Source of the DNA: Heteronotia binoei
Taxonomy: Eukaryota
Direction: 5' to 3'
Assembly (NCBI RefSeq): GCF_032191835.1
Contig: NC_083239.1
Coordinates: forward strand, 22,382,001-22,446,000
Length of the DNA: 64,000 nt
Part shown: in pieces, positions 25,301 through 37,332 of the stretch
Layout of the letters: each line of letters opens with the position of its first letter
Position numbering within the stretch: the stretch's first letter is position 1
Notes under the pieces: model-generated
What the model was told of the DNA's origin: nothing
Database searches by the model: none
Seen by the model: the letters and a program-made list of their open reading frames with translations, nothing else
Made by a program: the position numbers and the translations under genes

Positions 25301-28300
25301 AGCATTAAAAGCTTTAAATATATATGTATATATATAAATTTTAAAAGCCACACTGCATGGCATGAGTATTTGTCACCAGTAGTGTTTCGGGCATTACTAA
25401 ACAAAGGCCTCTGACACTTATGTAACTCCATCCTACACACTGAATATCTACAACATGGGGGAAATTGATTTTCCAAGAAACAAAATTGTTTAAATGCAAT
25501 ATCTCCACAAGAAGTGCACAATCCTGATGTGGACTGTGCATAGGTTTTAGGACAGAAAAATGCATTTATTGTACAAAAATGCCTATTTCATGAATCTTTA
25601 AATCTATCTGTGCTAGTAAGTTATTGTGCTGGATGGATTACCTTATTCTGAACAAATGAATCTCTTCCAGATCATTATGTTCTACTTTGTCTAGGGCTGG
25701 AAAAATCTGAGGGGTCTACCTGTTGGGGTACCTGGAACATTTATGAGATTCAAGGAATCTGTGAAGCAACTCACATGAAATTAGCCTTTATCCTTACAAC
25801 ACCCCTCCAGGATAACTTAGGCTGACAGAGAGTAACACATTCAGTAAACTCTATGAGGAGTTGAATTCAGGCCTTTTCCAAACCAAATTTCATCAACTCC
25901 ATCACAGTAGCATAGAATTTTCAACATTCCCACATTAGAATCAGCAGCTCAGTATCTGATGCTGGTGCTTGGAGAGTGGAAATCTTTTTTGAACCCTGTC
26001 TGTATGCACCAAGTTGACTTGCATTCTTCCAAATGTCAACCTTGTTTTGACCCCCCCTCACCCCCTTCCTTTTACATTTGCATGTCAAATGCTTGTTTTG
26101 GAGAAATCAGGAACAGTACCCTTCAAAGCTAACCCAGCATAATTTTTGTCCAAGAAATAAAGAAATGTTTCTTCTATAGCACCTGGGATTGCAACCCTTT
26201 GTGTGACTCCTAACATGAGACCAGGAGTTTTCTCCCTATGGCTTTGTCTTCTCTTAGGATGAAATGTTTCCAGTATTCAAATCTCCACCCAGGCATATTC
26301 CCCACTGCAGTATTCCCTGTACTATTAACATGGAAATGCTTTCAGATGTGCTGGTCCACAAACTATTGCCAGATACAAAACTCAAGACCATACAAAGTAA
26401 CATAGCTCATCAATTAAAAATGGAGCAGAACTTTATGGATTCAGTAAACAAGTGGGATTTAAATTCCCCATACAATAGCATCTCTTCATTCTTGTATAAA
26501 GTTTTCTGTTCAAAATGTATGTAACAGTAGACACCCATGAATTCAGGATCTTTATGATGCTTGGCAGAAGACAGACCCAATGAAAAATATTAGAATTGAT
26601 TCTAGTAAAACATCTTGGCTTTGTGTGTTTAAGAAATTAGATTATTTATTTACTTACTTAATTTATATCCTGTCTGTCTCTCCAACACAGCTTAAATCAT
26701 TCTCCTCTCCTCTATTTTATCCTCAACACCTGTGAGGTAAATTCAGCTGAGAGAATGTGATTGGCCCAAGGTCACCCAGCAAGCTTCTGGGATTTGAACC
26801 TGGGTCTCTCAGATCCTAGTCCAACATTCTAGCTGCTACACAACACCGGCTAATCTTACTAGTCAAAGCTGCTTTTGGAGTAGTCTGAAATGCCAGCAAA
26901 TAAAGTATGGAGGATCTCAGTAATACAGTGACAAACTGGAACTACTGACATAGGATGCTATGTCAGTGTTTTGGTTTTAGGAATGGAGACAGTGCAAACC
27001 TTTGTGTGAGGAGGGATTCTCTAAGTCTAAGTGGTGAAAATAATTGTTGGTCTGAGAGTCCCAATACCTGTGAGACTTCTGCCAATTAAGGACAACATTC
27101 TTACTGCCTTGACCACACACCCATAGTAAACACAGAAGAGCCTCCTGGCACACACAGGTTACCCACAGTCTCTAACTGCATATGTCAATGTGCTTAATTA
27201 GCAGGTAAGTGTTCTACCCACATCAACAGAGAGAAAAGCTTGCAAACTCCACACAGAAAGCACATCAAGACACAATTAGTATACCCTGTAGAATATCTGT
27301 GTCTGTGCATGCACAGAAAGCCAGGAATGGAGGAACCTGTGCCCCAGAACAACATTATCATTCCCATTTAGGTGACTTGAATACCCAAAGGAAACAAACT
27401 ATTGCCAAATGCTGGTGCTCTGCCTCAGAGTTAGGGTGTTGGCAGCAGCCCCTTGCTGCACAGTTGAATGGACTACAATGATAGACACAACTTGTGGATG
27501 GTGTGAGGAAGTTGTCTGTTGAAAGAGCCACAACTGGAGTGCAGTCCTATGCCGTTACTCTCGTCTAAGCCAATGGATTTCAAACTCTGCATAGAATTGC
27601 ACCAGGAGTCAAGTGATATGAACGTTCTGCCTTGACTGTGCCATCTGCCCATCTCCGATATAGGAGTTATATCATTGAAGACCACACACCACCCCTCAAT
27701 TTGAGGCACTGAATACTTCTGGTCCATAACCCACTTTCTCTTATGCCAGTACTTTCAAGCATTGCCTGATCTGCGTCACACTTGCCTCATTCCACCTGCC
27801 TTTCTCAGATCTTTAGGTGAGATCACAATTATGGCTCCTCTATCCCTGATGTTGGGACTGCAGCATATTTTCAAGGTGCCCAGCATGGTTGGTGCAGGAT
27901 GTGTACATGGGACACACACTCTTGATGATTTAATGCTGTTCAGTGGAATATACAGACATTCAGCACTGGTTAAGGAGTGGAGCACCTCTTGGAAGGACAA
28001 GTTATCACAAATGAAGCCAGGATTCCAGTTTATGCTATGAACTCTGAGTTTGGAAACAGAGGATGAAAACAATTTCAGATTTATTTAGAATGCCAAGTCC
28101 CATGCAAGGATATTTAGATGTTATTTTGGTGGCAAGGGTTCACTCTAGCTAGAATTGGTTTTTTGTGCTACTCTGAAAAGTTCACATTTCAGCCATAGAT
28201 TCATCTCCTTTGGCTGGTTCAGAAATTAAAACTTCTAGCAAACAAGTGTTAAACGACATGCTGACCTCAAAAAACAATGGATCAAAGGAGAATCTGGGTC

Positions 28301-31223
28301 TCTGGCTAGTCTGGAACTTAAATCAAAAGCAAACCTTTGTAGCATCTGGATGTCTGAATTGTTAGAGCCACTCTGCCAGATGCAAGAAGTGGAATCACAG
28401 TCAGTTGTCAATATAAACTGTCAATATATGCTGATGACACCCAGCTCTATCTACTCATGGACGGCCGGCCTGACTGTGTCCCAGAAAACCTGGACCAGGC
28501 ATTACAAGCCGTGGCTAGATGGCTCAGGCTGAGTAGGTTGAAACTAAATCCAGCGAAGATAGAGGTTCTTTGCTTGGGTCGCCGTGGTCTGGGAGGGGAA
28601 ATTCCCCTTCCAGCTCTTGACGGTGTGCCACTGATGGTGGCGCACAGGGTCAAGAGCTTGGGGGTACTACTTGAGCCTTAACTATGGAGGCCCAGGTAGC
28701 AGCCACTGCCAAGTCCGCATTTTTTCATCTTAGGCGGGCGAGGCAGTTGGCTCCCTTCCTGGAGCAGGACGATCTGGCAACAGTGATCCATGCAACGGTC
28801 ACCTCAAGGTTGGATTACTGCAATGCCCTCTACATGGGGCTGCCCCTGTGCTGAACCCGGAAGTTGCAGCTAGTGCAGAACGCCGCCGCTCGGCTGTTAT
28901 TAGGGCTCCCTAGATGGGAGCACATTCAGCCGGGCCTCCGGGGACTACACTGGCTGCCAATAATATACCGAGTCCGGTACAAGGTGCTGGTTATTACCTT
29001 TAAAGCCCTATATGGCCTAGGACCTGCCTACCTTAGGGACCGTCTCTTCCCATATGTCCCCCAGAGAGTACTGTGATCTGGCTCTCGAAATCTGCTTGTA
29101 ATTCCCGGGCCAAGGGAGGCCTGGTTGAAGTCAACCAGGGACAGGGCCTTCTCAATTACAGCCCCTTGCTGGTGGAACCAGTTACCGGAAGAGGTCATGG
29201 CCCTGCGGGATATTGGACAGTTCCGCAGGGCCTGTAAGACAGTCCTCTTCCAGTTGGCTTATAACTGACTGGCACCGAAATACTGAAGGAAGTTTATAGA
29301 TAGCACACCGATATGGACTGATGTATCGATATTAATGTTTTAACTATGTAATTACTATTGTATTTTAATTCTGAATTTTATTGTTAGAATTTTTATGCTG
29401 TGAGCTGCCCTGAGCCCGCTTCGGTGGGGTAGGGTGGGATATAAATTGAATCAAATAAAAATACATAAAATAAAATAAAATGCACAAAAAACTTCTGCCA
29501 CAATAAAAAGGCAAGGCATGTGCCATAAACACTGTCTTCCCCCCACCCCTTCCTCAACAAACAGTAATATTCAAGGGCAAACTGATGAGAGTAAAGAAAG
29601 GCTGGTGTCACTGCAAAGGAGAGATTTTAACTTTCAAAATGGTTCTAGATTAGTGTTTTACTAAACGAAGGGAACTGCTGATCCCTTGCACTATGCTTTA
29701 AGCAGAAAGCTAGAACATCATTTATAGAATCTTTCTATGAGACGCCTTTTCAAATTTTGGCAGACTTCTTCTATGGGAGAACATGAAGCAGGTGGTTCCC
29801 TCCCCTGCACTCTGAAGGGGTCCAGTCCATCCCACCACTTCAGGATGCGACCATTTCACTTAACTACATGTGCCTTCAGAATTAAGCAGCTTCCCACAAG
29901 GTTCGGAGTGCTAGTTTGCCACCTAGCCCACACATGCCACAGAAAGAGGAGGCAGCAGAGCATCAAAGAGGGTCAACAAACTACGTCACTCTAGACCCCA
30001 GTTCTGAATGCTACCCCCCCCCCCCCCCAGTAGAAAACTAGCCCAGGAGATGGACTCTACTGGTGTTGGAGAGCCAGTTTGGTATAGTGGTTAAGTGTGC
30101 GGACTCTTATCTGGGACAACCGGGTTTGATTCCCCACTCCTCCACTTGCACCTGCTAGCATGGCCTTGGGTCAGCCATAGCTCTGGCAGAGGTTGTCCTT
30201 GAAAGGGCAGCTGCTGTGAGAGCCCTCACAGGGAGATAAAGGAGATTGTGAGCCGCTCTGAGACTCTTCGGAGTGGAGGGCGGGATATAAATCCAATATC
30301 ATGTTGGTTTTCTGTTGCCAAGACCAGGGCTTTTTTTGTAGCAGGAACTCCTTTGCATATTAGGCCGCACACCCCTGATGTAGCCAATCCTCCTGGAGCT
30401 TACAGTAGGTCCTGTAAGAGCTCTGTAAGCTCTTGGAGCAGGGGTGGCCAAACTGTAGCTCAGAAGCCACATGTGGCGCTTTCACACATCTTGTATGGCT
30501 CTTGGAGCCCCCACAGCCCCATTGGCTAGCTTGCAAAAGGCATTTCTTTCTTTAAATCACTTCTTCAAGCCAAGACAGCCAGTGGCTTGAAGAATGCATT
30601 TAAGTTCCTTTCTTTCCACCTCTCCCTCTCTCCCCCCCACATCTATTCATCTGTTTTCTTCGTTCCTTCACATAAGAGAAGCCATGTTGGATCAGGCCAA
30701 TGACCCATCCAGTCCAACACTCTGTGTCACACAGTGACAAAAAAAACAAAACAAAACTAGATGCCACCAGTGGGGCCAGGACACTAGAAGCCCTCCCACT
30801 GTGCCTCCCCAAGCTTCCTTCCTTCCTGTCTTGTGACTCTCAAACGTCTGACATTTATTCTATGTAGCTCTTACTTTAAGCAAGTTCGGTCTTGGGGGAT
30901 TAGCTACATCAGGGGTGTGGCCTAATATGCAAAGGAGTTCCTGCCAGAAGAAAAGCCCTGGCCAAGACCTCCCCTCTTCTCATCTATCCCACCACCTCGC
31001 TCCGACACGCGTCAGCCAAGCAAGGGGCCTGCCCAGCGCTCCTCTTTCCCCTCCCCCCATTTCAGCCGCTCTCCAAAGGGGCGGGGCCTTGTGTGAGGCA
31101 GTCCGGCTGACCTTTGCGCGCCTTTTCTCCCGGGATGCTCTGCGCGCGCAGCCGCTGGTCCAGAATGTAGAGCATCTCCCCGCCTAGATTAAGGAAGAGC
31201 AACGGCAGCGTCCGTGTCGACAT
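13393..31223 (-). CDS. OSCP1: Organic solute carrier partner 1 (379 aa, or 389 aa with the microexon)
   Basis: Exons (minus): 31112-31223, [25111-25140 alternative], 21737-21891, 20635-20802, 19678-19758, 19460-19563, 18653-18781, 18493-18562, 17548-17687, 16593-16656, 13393-13509. All introns GT-AG with consistent phases, total 1140 nt. Protein runs MSTRTLPLLFLNLGGEMLYILDQRL...DLLAMMDEL*. AATAAA at 12898-12903. Confidence 0.96.
13945..14754 (-). mobile_element. Solo LTR (810 bp) in the last OSCP1 intron
   Basis: TGTG...CACA termini with a perfect 5-bp TSD CTACC at 13940-13944 and 14755-14759. Orientation is inferred from an ATTAAA on the minus strand near 14335. Confidence 0.8.
20290..20524. 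mobile_element. Palindromic MITE-like element (about 110-bp inverted arms)
   Basis: ctagccttgtc...gacaaggctag, with arms reverse-complementary over most of their length. This explains the mirror ORFs 20290..20490(-) and 20321..20524(+). Confidence 0.8.
22150..22358 (-). mobile_element. 5S rRNA-derived SINE (SINE3 / 5S-Sauria-like)
   Basis: Reverse complement of ...atctcatcagatcttggaagctaagcagggtcaa...gtacttgaatgggagacc resembles the 5S rRNA internal promoter region, joined to a BovB-like tail. Similar copies at about 36530-36690, 39930-40115, 42298-42485 and 57316-57521. Confidence 0.7.
25111..25140 (-). CDS. OSCP1: OSCP1 alternative 30-nt microexon (DEWTDVDRRR)
   Basis: gtag|ATGAATGGACTGATGTGGACAGGAGACGAG|gtactg, phase 1-1. 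Matches my recollection of the human long-isoform insert DEWTEVDRKR. Confidence 0.85.
28400..29480 (+). mobile_element. 5'-truncated L2-clade LINE
   Basis: YADDTQLY RT motif, LDYCNALY, LHWLPI, and a (taaaa)n tail. An antisense copy of the same family lies at about 47640-48570. Confidence 0.85.
30068..30300 (+). mobile_element. tRNA-headed SINE with L2-like tail
   Basis: gagccagtttggtatagtggttaag...ggtttgattcccc head and gggcgggatataaat tail. Related copies at about 35092-35325, 26690-26830 (-) and 63830-64000 (-). Confidence 0.65.
30325..30960. mobile_element. hAT-type MITE with nested insertions
   Basis: TIRs CAGGGCTTTTTT...AAAAGCCCTG with a perfect 8-bp TSD GCCAAGAC. Contains a second MITE fragment and a CR1 tail. 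Confidence 0.85.
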
Positions 31224-31520
31224 GATGCCCGACTTCGGCCCAGGCCCCGGCCTGGCAGGAAAAAACACCCCACCGGGATTGTTCCGCTAGCGGCTTTGGC
31301 GACGCCAGCCCAGTTGCTAGGAGACCAGAGACGGGGAGAGGGAAATGAGCCAATCGCAGGGCGTCTTGGTGACGGGACTTGGCACCCTCTGCGGCTGCGC
31401 CCGCCCCACCCTCTCTGGCGGAGCAGCAGCGCCGAGGTGTATATGTGTGTGCGTTCGGTGCGCAGGCGCGTTGGGGGCATTTCACGGGCTCTTGCTTGAA
31501 GGCTCCGCTTCTCCTCAGGC
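30960..31520 (-). promoter_or_regulatory. OSCP1 CpG-island promoter with RFX X-box and CCAAT motif
   Basis: CpG-rich. GTTGCTAGGAGAC at 31313-31325 and CCAAT near 31349, both upstream of the ATG at 31223. Confidence 0.75.
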
Positions 31521-33104
31521 TCCTCTTCTAGGTTGCCAATCTCCAGATGGGACCAGGAGTTCTCATTGAGTTACGACTGATTTCCAGACAAATCCATTTC
31601 CCCTGGAGAAAAAAGCAGCTGCCCTGCAAATTGCCGCACCAGAAACTCTCCAGGAATTTTCCAGGTCGAAGATGGCAACCCTTCCGAAGTGAACTGATCA
31701 TCAAGGCTGGTTCTGCACGCAAAACGTAAAGTCGTGGTTCAGCCCCAGGAAAGGCTTCTGCCTGCTTGTTAAAAACATCCTTTCAAATTCGAGCCCACCA
31801 TGGTGCCATTTCCTCCAGCATTCAGACACAGATTAGGAGGAAAAGGCTGTTTACTTGCTTGTCTGATTGGAATGGGATTTATCAGAGACGAACACTCTCC
31901 ATGTTATTAGACCCCACCAAATGACACAGCACTGTGTGTGAAGGATGGATGTTATAACAAAATATATTAAAAGGGAGACAGAGGAAAAATGCTACTAGAC
32001 ATAGCGTTGATCCCATTAAATCCTGTGTTGTGTGTACTAGGTGCAGAGCAGAATCCAGCATTTCAAGATATACCTAGTTTTTCTCCAGGCAAGAACCAAA
32101 TAGAACAAATAAGACAAAGTTCAGCAACTTCTAACTGCATTTAATTTTATCTGTTAGAAGTCTGTACATCCCATTTTTTTGGTCACTACTACCTTGTCAA
32201 AGCTGTTCACAAAGGAGAAAGACAAAATGGAAGCCGAATTTCAGAGGGATAAGCACACTTAGGCTGCTGAAGCTACAGCATATTGGGGCACCTCAAAGAC
32301 TAGACCATTTCTTGTGGCAGAAGCTTCAGAGGTGAGGCCTGGAGATCTGGAATTGCAACTGATCTCCCGCTGAAAAAGATCAGTTACTCTAAAGAAAGTG
32401 GCTGCTCTGGAGAGAGGTATAATGCTCTGCTGAGCTCCCTCTACAAACCCCTCCTAGACTCTACCTCCCAAGTCTCCAGGAATTTCTCAACGCAGAGATG
32501 GCAATCTTTGCAGTCACTTAAAACTAAAAACTAGCTGTGAAGATGTGGTTACTTATGTCCCTGAGCAACACCTGCCTCGTCTCAGAAAAGCCAAAGATAA
32601 TGGTTTGAAGTAGTCTTAGGGTTTCCTTTTCAGGCCAAAACATTGTTTTTGTAAAGAAAATAATGCGAGATTTGTATGGTTATATCAAAGTGCAATGACA
32701 TACACCAAATGTTTTCTCACCAGACATGACGGACATTTTCCTACAGAAGTTAGATACTGTACATGTTCACAACATAAACAACTTTAAGAGCACTAAAAAC
32801 GGTGTGCTTTCTCTTTGCAGGGTTAGACATGGTAGCATCAATGATTCAGTGCGGCTAAAGATCTACCCAACTGTGGTGCCTAAAGGGCCTCAGAACCCCA
32901 CTGGCCCTGAGAACTGAAATGCCAGTGCTGCTGTACTTTTGGTTTGTAGCATTTATATCTCAGCTTTCTGCCAGTATTGGCATCCAACTAGTTCACAGTG
33001 GTATTAACACAGTTTAAAACAAAAGGATAACTTTTTTAAAAGAGGGGAAGTCCAAGCTGCTTTTCTTGAGGTTTGCAGCAGTGCAGTTTTCAGCTAGTTT
33101 CCGT

Positions 33105-36100
33105 TCACGAACTCTTGGAGCGGGTATGGACTTCGCGAGCCATGCGGCATAATTCACACCAGCCGCAACAGAAAATGGACAGTGCATCCTGACAAACAGT
33201 ACCCTGTGTTCAGATCAAGAAGAGAGATCATGAGCCTCTATTCAGCCTTCCATTTTTTTAAAAAAAAATGTCACTGGTGCAATTAGATCATTTTAGATTC
33301 TGGACATAGGTATTTGTCCCTCTCCCCCCTCCCACTTTAATGGTAATGTAAGTTTCCAGTGCAAAGCTATAGCCTTCTTTGAGGTCCCTCCCCCCTTCTG
33401 AGCCAGAGACTCCCTGGATCACTGGTTTATATTTTGTTTTTCCACTGCCCAGAGCAGCTCAAAGTGCTGAATGTGGTATGCTCACACATGCTTCATTCAG
33501 AAATTGGTGCTTTTAAAGTTGTTCTTAAGTGATTTGGAAAAGGAGGGGAGTGTGCACTGTAGTGGTGACAATTGGGGATGACACCAGTTATTCAGGATGA
33601 TGAAAATCAAGATGGACCACAAAGCTCCAGGCAGATCATGTTTATTATCCACATGCTTGTTAACCTCCTCAAAGAACTCTAAAAGGTTGGCGAGGCAGGG
33701 CTTCCCTTTGCAGAAGCCTTACTGATTTTCCCTCAGCAGGCTTTGTTCCTCTATGTGCTTAATACTTCTCTGTTTAATAAGTTCCTACACATATGAGTCT
33801 TGTCTAAATTAATGTTAGGGGAATAGTAAGCCAGCCTTTTCACACTAACAGTAGAAGCAGGCACAAGAGTAATCAAAAAACAATAGACAACAATGCTTGC
33901 TTGGTGGTGTGGAAATATCTATCCCAAGGGGGGGGGGGTCTAAATAGCATTCAATGCCTGTTTTCCATCCCTCAGAAACATGGCTCCAATTGGGGAGCTG
34001 CTCTTTTTGTTTAACCTATTGTATATCTTACAACTTTTCCTGCAAAATAAGGAAAGAAATGGCGCAATATTTTTTTTTGTCTGAAAAGCACAACCTGTCA
34101 GAGATTCTGTAATCCATGGGAAATTAAGTTATCTGTGCTGTTTCAAAATCTGCAGAAGTGGTTCTGTTTTGCAAGAGGGGCAAATTTGTCATATTAGAAA
34201 TGACTTTGAATGATTAACAAGCAGTGATTTCTCAAAGAATATCATGGTTTTGATTTAACCAGTTTTTCCACTGCACTGCTGAACAAAGGAGAAGGGCATC
34301 TCTTGACAAAAGTCATGTGGGATGGGAGCTGTAGTAAGGAGGGGAATTGGGTACTGAGCAGAAAAACTAGCTGGATCCAGCCTCTCGTTTCTTTCATTGT
34401 GTGTAATTCTGCCACTTAGTAAAGGTCACACAGTAGACCAAACTTTGGTTCCTCCTCCCTTCCCCAAAAGGTTTTCCTATATGATTTTCCCTTATACATA
34501 TATCAGAAGTGAGTTGTGATTTATATCTATCAGAAGAAGTGAGTTCCCTTGGGTTACAGAAGCTCTTATTAAAATAAATGTTAGTCTTTAAAGAGTCACT
34601 GGACTTTTTATTTTGCTATGACTATCCCTTTGCAATCACAGTGCAGACCACAGTTCTGCAGAACCCCAAAAACATTGAATAGTCACTTTACCGGAAGGCC
34701 ATAAGAGAGCCGCATGTGAGTCCGTAATGCTGTCATTCCACCAGGCACCATCCCAAGGCAACAGTTCTCTCCATATTTGTGTGATACATAACAGGATAGG
34801 ATATGTGGGCACAAAAATCCCACGCAGCCTGCAAAAGGAAGCACACACATCCCTGCATAGAGTAATAGCTAAACCTTCCGCAAACAGAAGGAACTTGCAC
34901 AGCAGTTCAAATATCTTGACAGCTCTTTCCTTGATTGAGGTAGCAAGATGGAAGCTATGTGCAGGTATTCAAGTTTGTTCACAAACATATCCACAGTGCA
35001 TTTAATTTTTAAAAGGAAGTATATGTGGAATTTCTGCTGTCTTAAAAAAAATGTTCTTTGAAGGTAAACAAACAGAAAAACATCAAGCTGAAAGCCAGTG
35101 TGGTGTAGTGGTGGACTCTAATCTGGAGAACCCAGTTTGATTCCCCACTCCTCTTTCACATAAAGCTGGGTGACCTTAGGCCAGTCACAGTTCTCTCACA
35201 ATGCTCTCAGCCCCACCTACCTCACAAAGTGTCTGTTGTGAGGGGAGGAAGGGAAGGAGAGTGTAAGCCACCGAGACTCCTTAGGGTAGAGAAAAGCAGG
35301 GTATAAACACCAGCTGTTCTTGAATCTGCATAGATTTTAAATATACCTTGATCTAATGCCAGATCTAGGTCTTGGAGGAAAACACCCCTGAAGGCAGATA
35401 GAAAAGTCACTCCCAAACCAAAGGATCAGGCAACTAATTTTGTGTGCAGCAGGGGGCATTGCAAGAAATCACTTCCTTTTGCTTTTTGCGTGCCAAGCCA
35501 TTCTTGAAACCTAGATGACATTTGTAAGCTGCAGGTAGGTTGAAGAGTCTACTGTTTAAAGAAAATATGGATAAAGTATCCAGTGCCAACATCCAAGCCA
35601 TGGGGCCGTCTAAACTGGTTGTTGGATCCCAGCTTCTGTAAACAATTCCCCCTATCCCAAAGGGTTTGCAGTTGTTTAAAAGATTAATCTTAAATCTGAC
35701 AGTAATCTGACCCCCCAAACAACTTTATTCTTTTTACCCTTTCCCAAATATTCCTACAGCTGCAGTCCCTTGCAAGACTCCTAAACACATATCAGATTTT
35801 AAGAAGCCCAGATGTGAGCAGCGCAGCTTTGTTGCCACAAGTGTGTTAACCTGAAATGAGGCAATATGGAAGAAAAAAGATACACCCCAAGAAAATATGC
35901 TTAGGATAGGGCAAGTTTGCAAGCCTCCTTCCCCCCACATAAAGTTGTCCATGGCAGGACTAATGCACAGAATAGGTAACACAAAATGCACACTTACACA
36001 TAGGTAAATCTGCACAGCAGTCGTATCTGCCTGTGCTCCAGCTACCTTCGGAGGACATAGTCACAGGGGAGACAGTGGCACCCGGTTGGCTAGTCACTGG

Positions 36101-36109
36101 CTCAGTCAT
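33105..36109 (-). CDS. PLAC8/cornifelin-family cysteine-rich protein (115 aa, 3 coding exons)
   Basis: Exons 35998-36109, 34692-34828 and 33105-33203 (112+137+99 nt), GT-AG, in phase. MTEPVTSQPGATVSPVTMSSEGSWSTGRYDCCADLPMCCVGFLCPHILSCYVSHKYGENCCLGMVPGGMTALRTHMRLSYGLPGTVCQDALSIFCCGWCELCRMAREVHTRSKSS*. Confidence 0.92.
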
Positions 36110-37332
36110 GGTTTGAACCAAGAGCACTTGAGCTTCCTGTCTGTTCCAGAGAAACTGAACTGCAATTGCAAATGCCTTGCAAACTGTGCATGAAATGCTC
36201 TTTACTGAGACTCAGCCTGGCGTCAGTTCCTGTGCTACATGTGGAAACTGGGGAAGGGGGTGGGGGAAGGAGTTATACATGCAATACATGGTTAAAATTA
36301 CACAGGGATGAATGAAGTGAAACTGCCTATGAAAGCTCTTTTGTAGCTTATTAAATTTAAGCAATGCAAAAATCTCACCCATTTCTCTTTGCGAGAACCG
36401 ATGGTGATTGAGGAGGATGCCAATTAGAAAGTTATGGAAGGGCACTGGTGCTTAAGATCTGAAGTGGAAGATGCTGGCAGTCAAGATTTCTGGCACCTCC
36501 TTCAGTTAACTACACAGCTATATGTAAAGTGCAGTCAAGTCACAACTGACTTATGGCAACCCCACAAGCTTTTCAGGACAAGAGAATAACAAGTGGTTTA
36601 CTATTGCCTGCCTCTGGGTAACAATCTTGGATGTTTCCCATCCAAGTACTAACCAGGTCGACCCTGCTTAATCTCTGAGACCGGACTAGCTGGAGTTAGG
36701 ATATACAAATATGTAGAACAGGAAATATTTGAAATAAACTTGGCTTCTGTCACTAGCACTGTCACTAGCACTGTTACAGATGTTAAGAGGTAAGACAAAG
36801 CTTCCTGGAATGGATCTTCCCTATTCTTTGCTTCTCAGATGCATTCACTCACAGACACACCTTCAGCATTTCTGTATAAGTTACTCAAGAGAATGTGCAT
36901 AAACACTTAACGGAAAGGAATATATTCCCTGAGCCCATGTCCTCCCTCTCCACTGCCTGCAAAGGCTTTTTTTCAGTACAGTCAAGCCAGAGAATCCCAA
37001 AGTCTCTGCCCTGCTTCTCAAAGAAGAAACTGCTCTAAGGGGAAACCAAGGAATTCTAGAGTGAAGGGTGTAGAAGCAGGTCCTGATGTTGCAAGTCACA
37101 TGAGTGAAGAATTTAGGGAGGCCTGAAGTACTTTGAGAGAATGCGGCAGTTAAACCAAGTCAAGATAGATTGTAATAAACCAACCCAGTGATGGCAGCAG
37201 TTTCTGGATCACAAGACCAGAAGATGGCTGTGCATGCACCCCTCCCCACACAGATATACACCACAGCAGAAGGGAGTAAAACCATTTATTAGTAATTATT
37301 TTCAGGATCCTACAGAAAAGCAGGAGCTTTGT

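Noticed and set aside
27700-28060. GCVHGTH, resembling the Harbinger transposase GxxDGTH motif
   Set aside because: A single degenerate motif lacking the catalytic Asp, and I could not follow downstream motifs. It needs a tblastn/HMM search, where a significant DDE_Tnp_4 hit would rescue it.
21892-31111. Intronic snoRNA or miRNA in OSCP1 intron 1
   Set aside because: I could not identify convincing C/D or H/ACA architecture by eye. An Infernal/Rfam scan would be needed.
32726-32917. Plus-strand 63-aa ORF with an acceptor-like site at about 32820 (possible divergent transcript from the OSCP1 promoter)
   Set aside because: No homology or partner exons found. It lies just downstream of the cornifelin-like stop codon on the opposite strand.
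34636-34848. ORF-track call LRGIFVPTYPILL...
   Set aside because: Wrong frame. The true exon (34692-34828) reads CVGFLCPHILSC...
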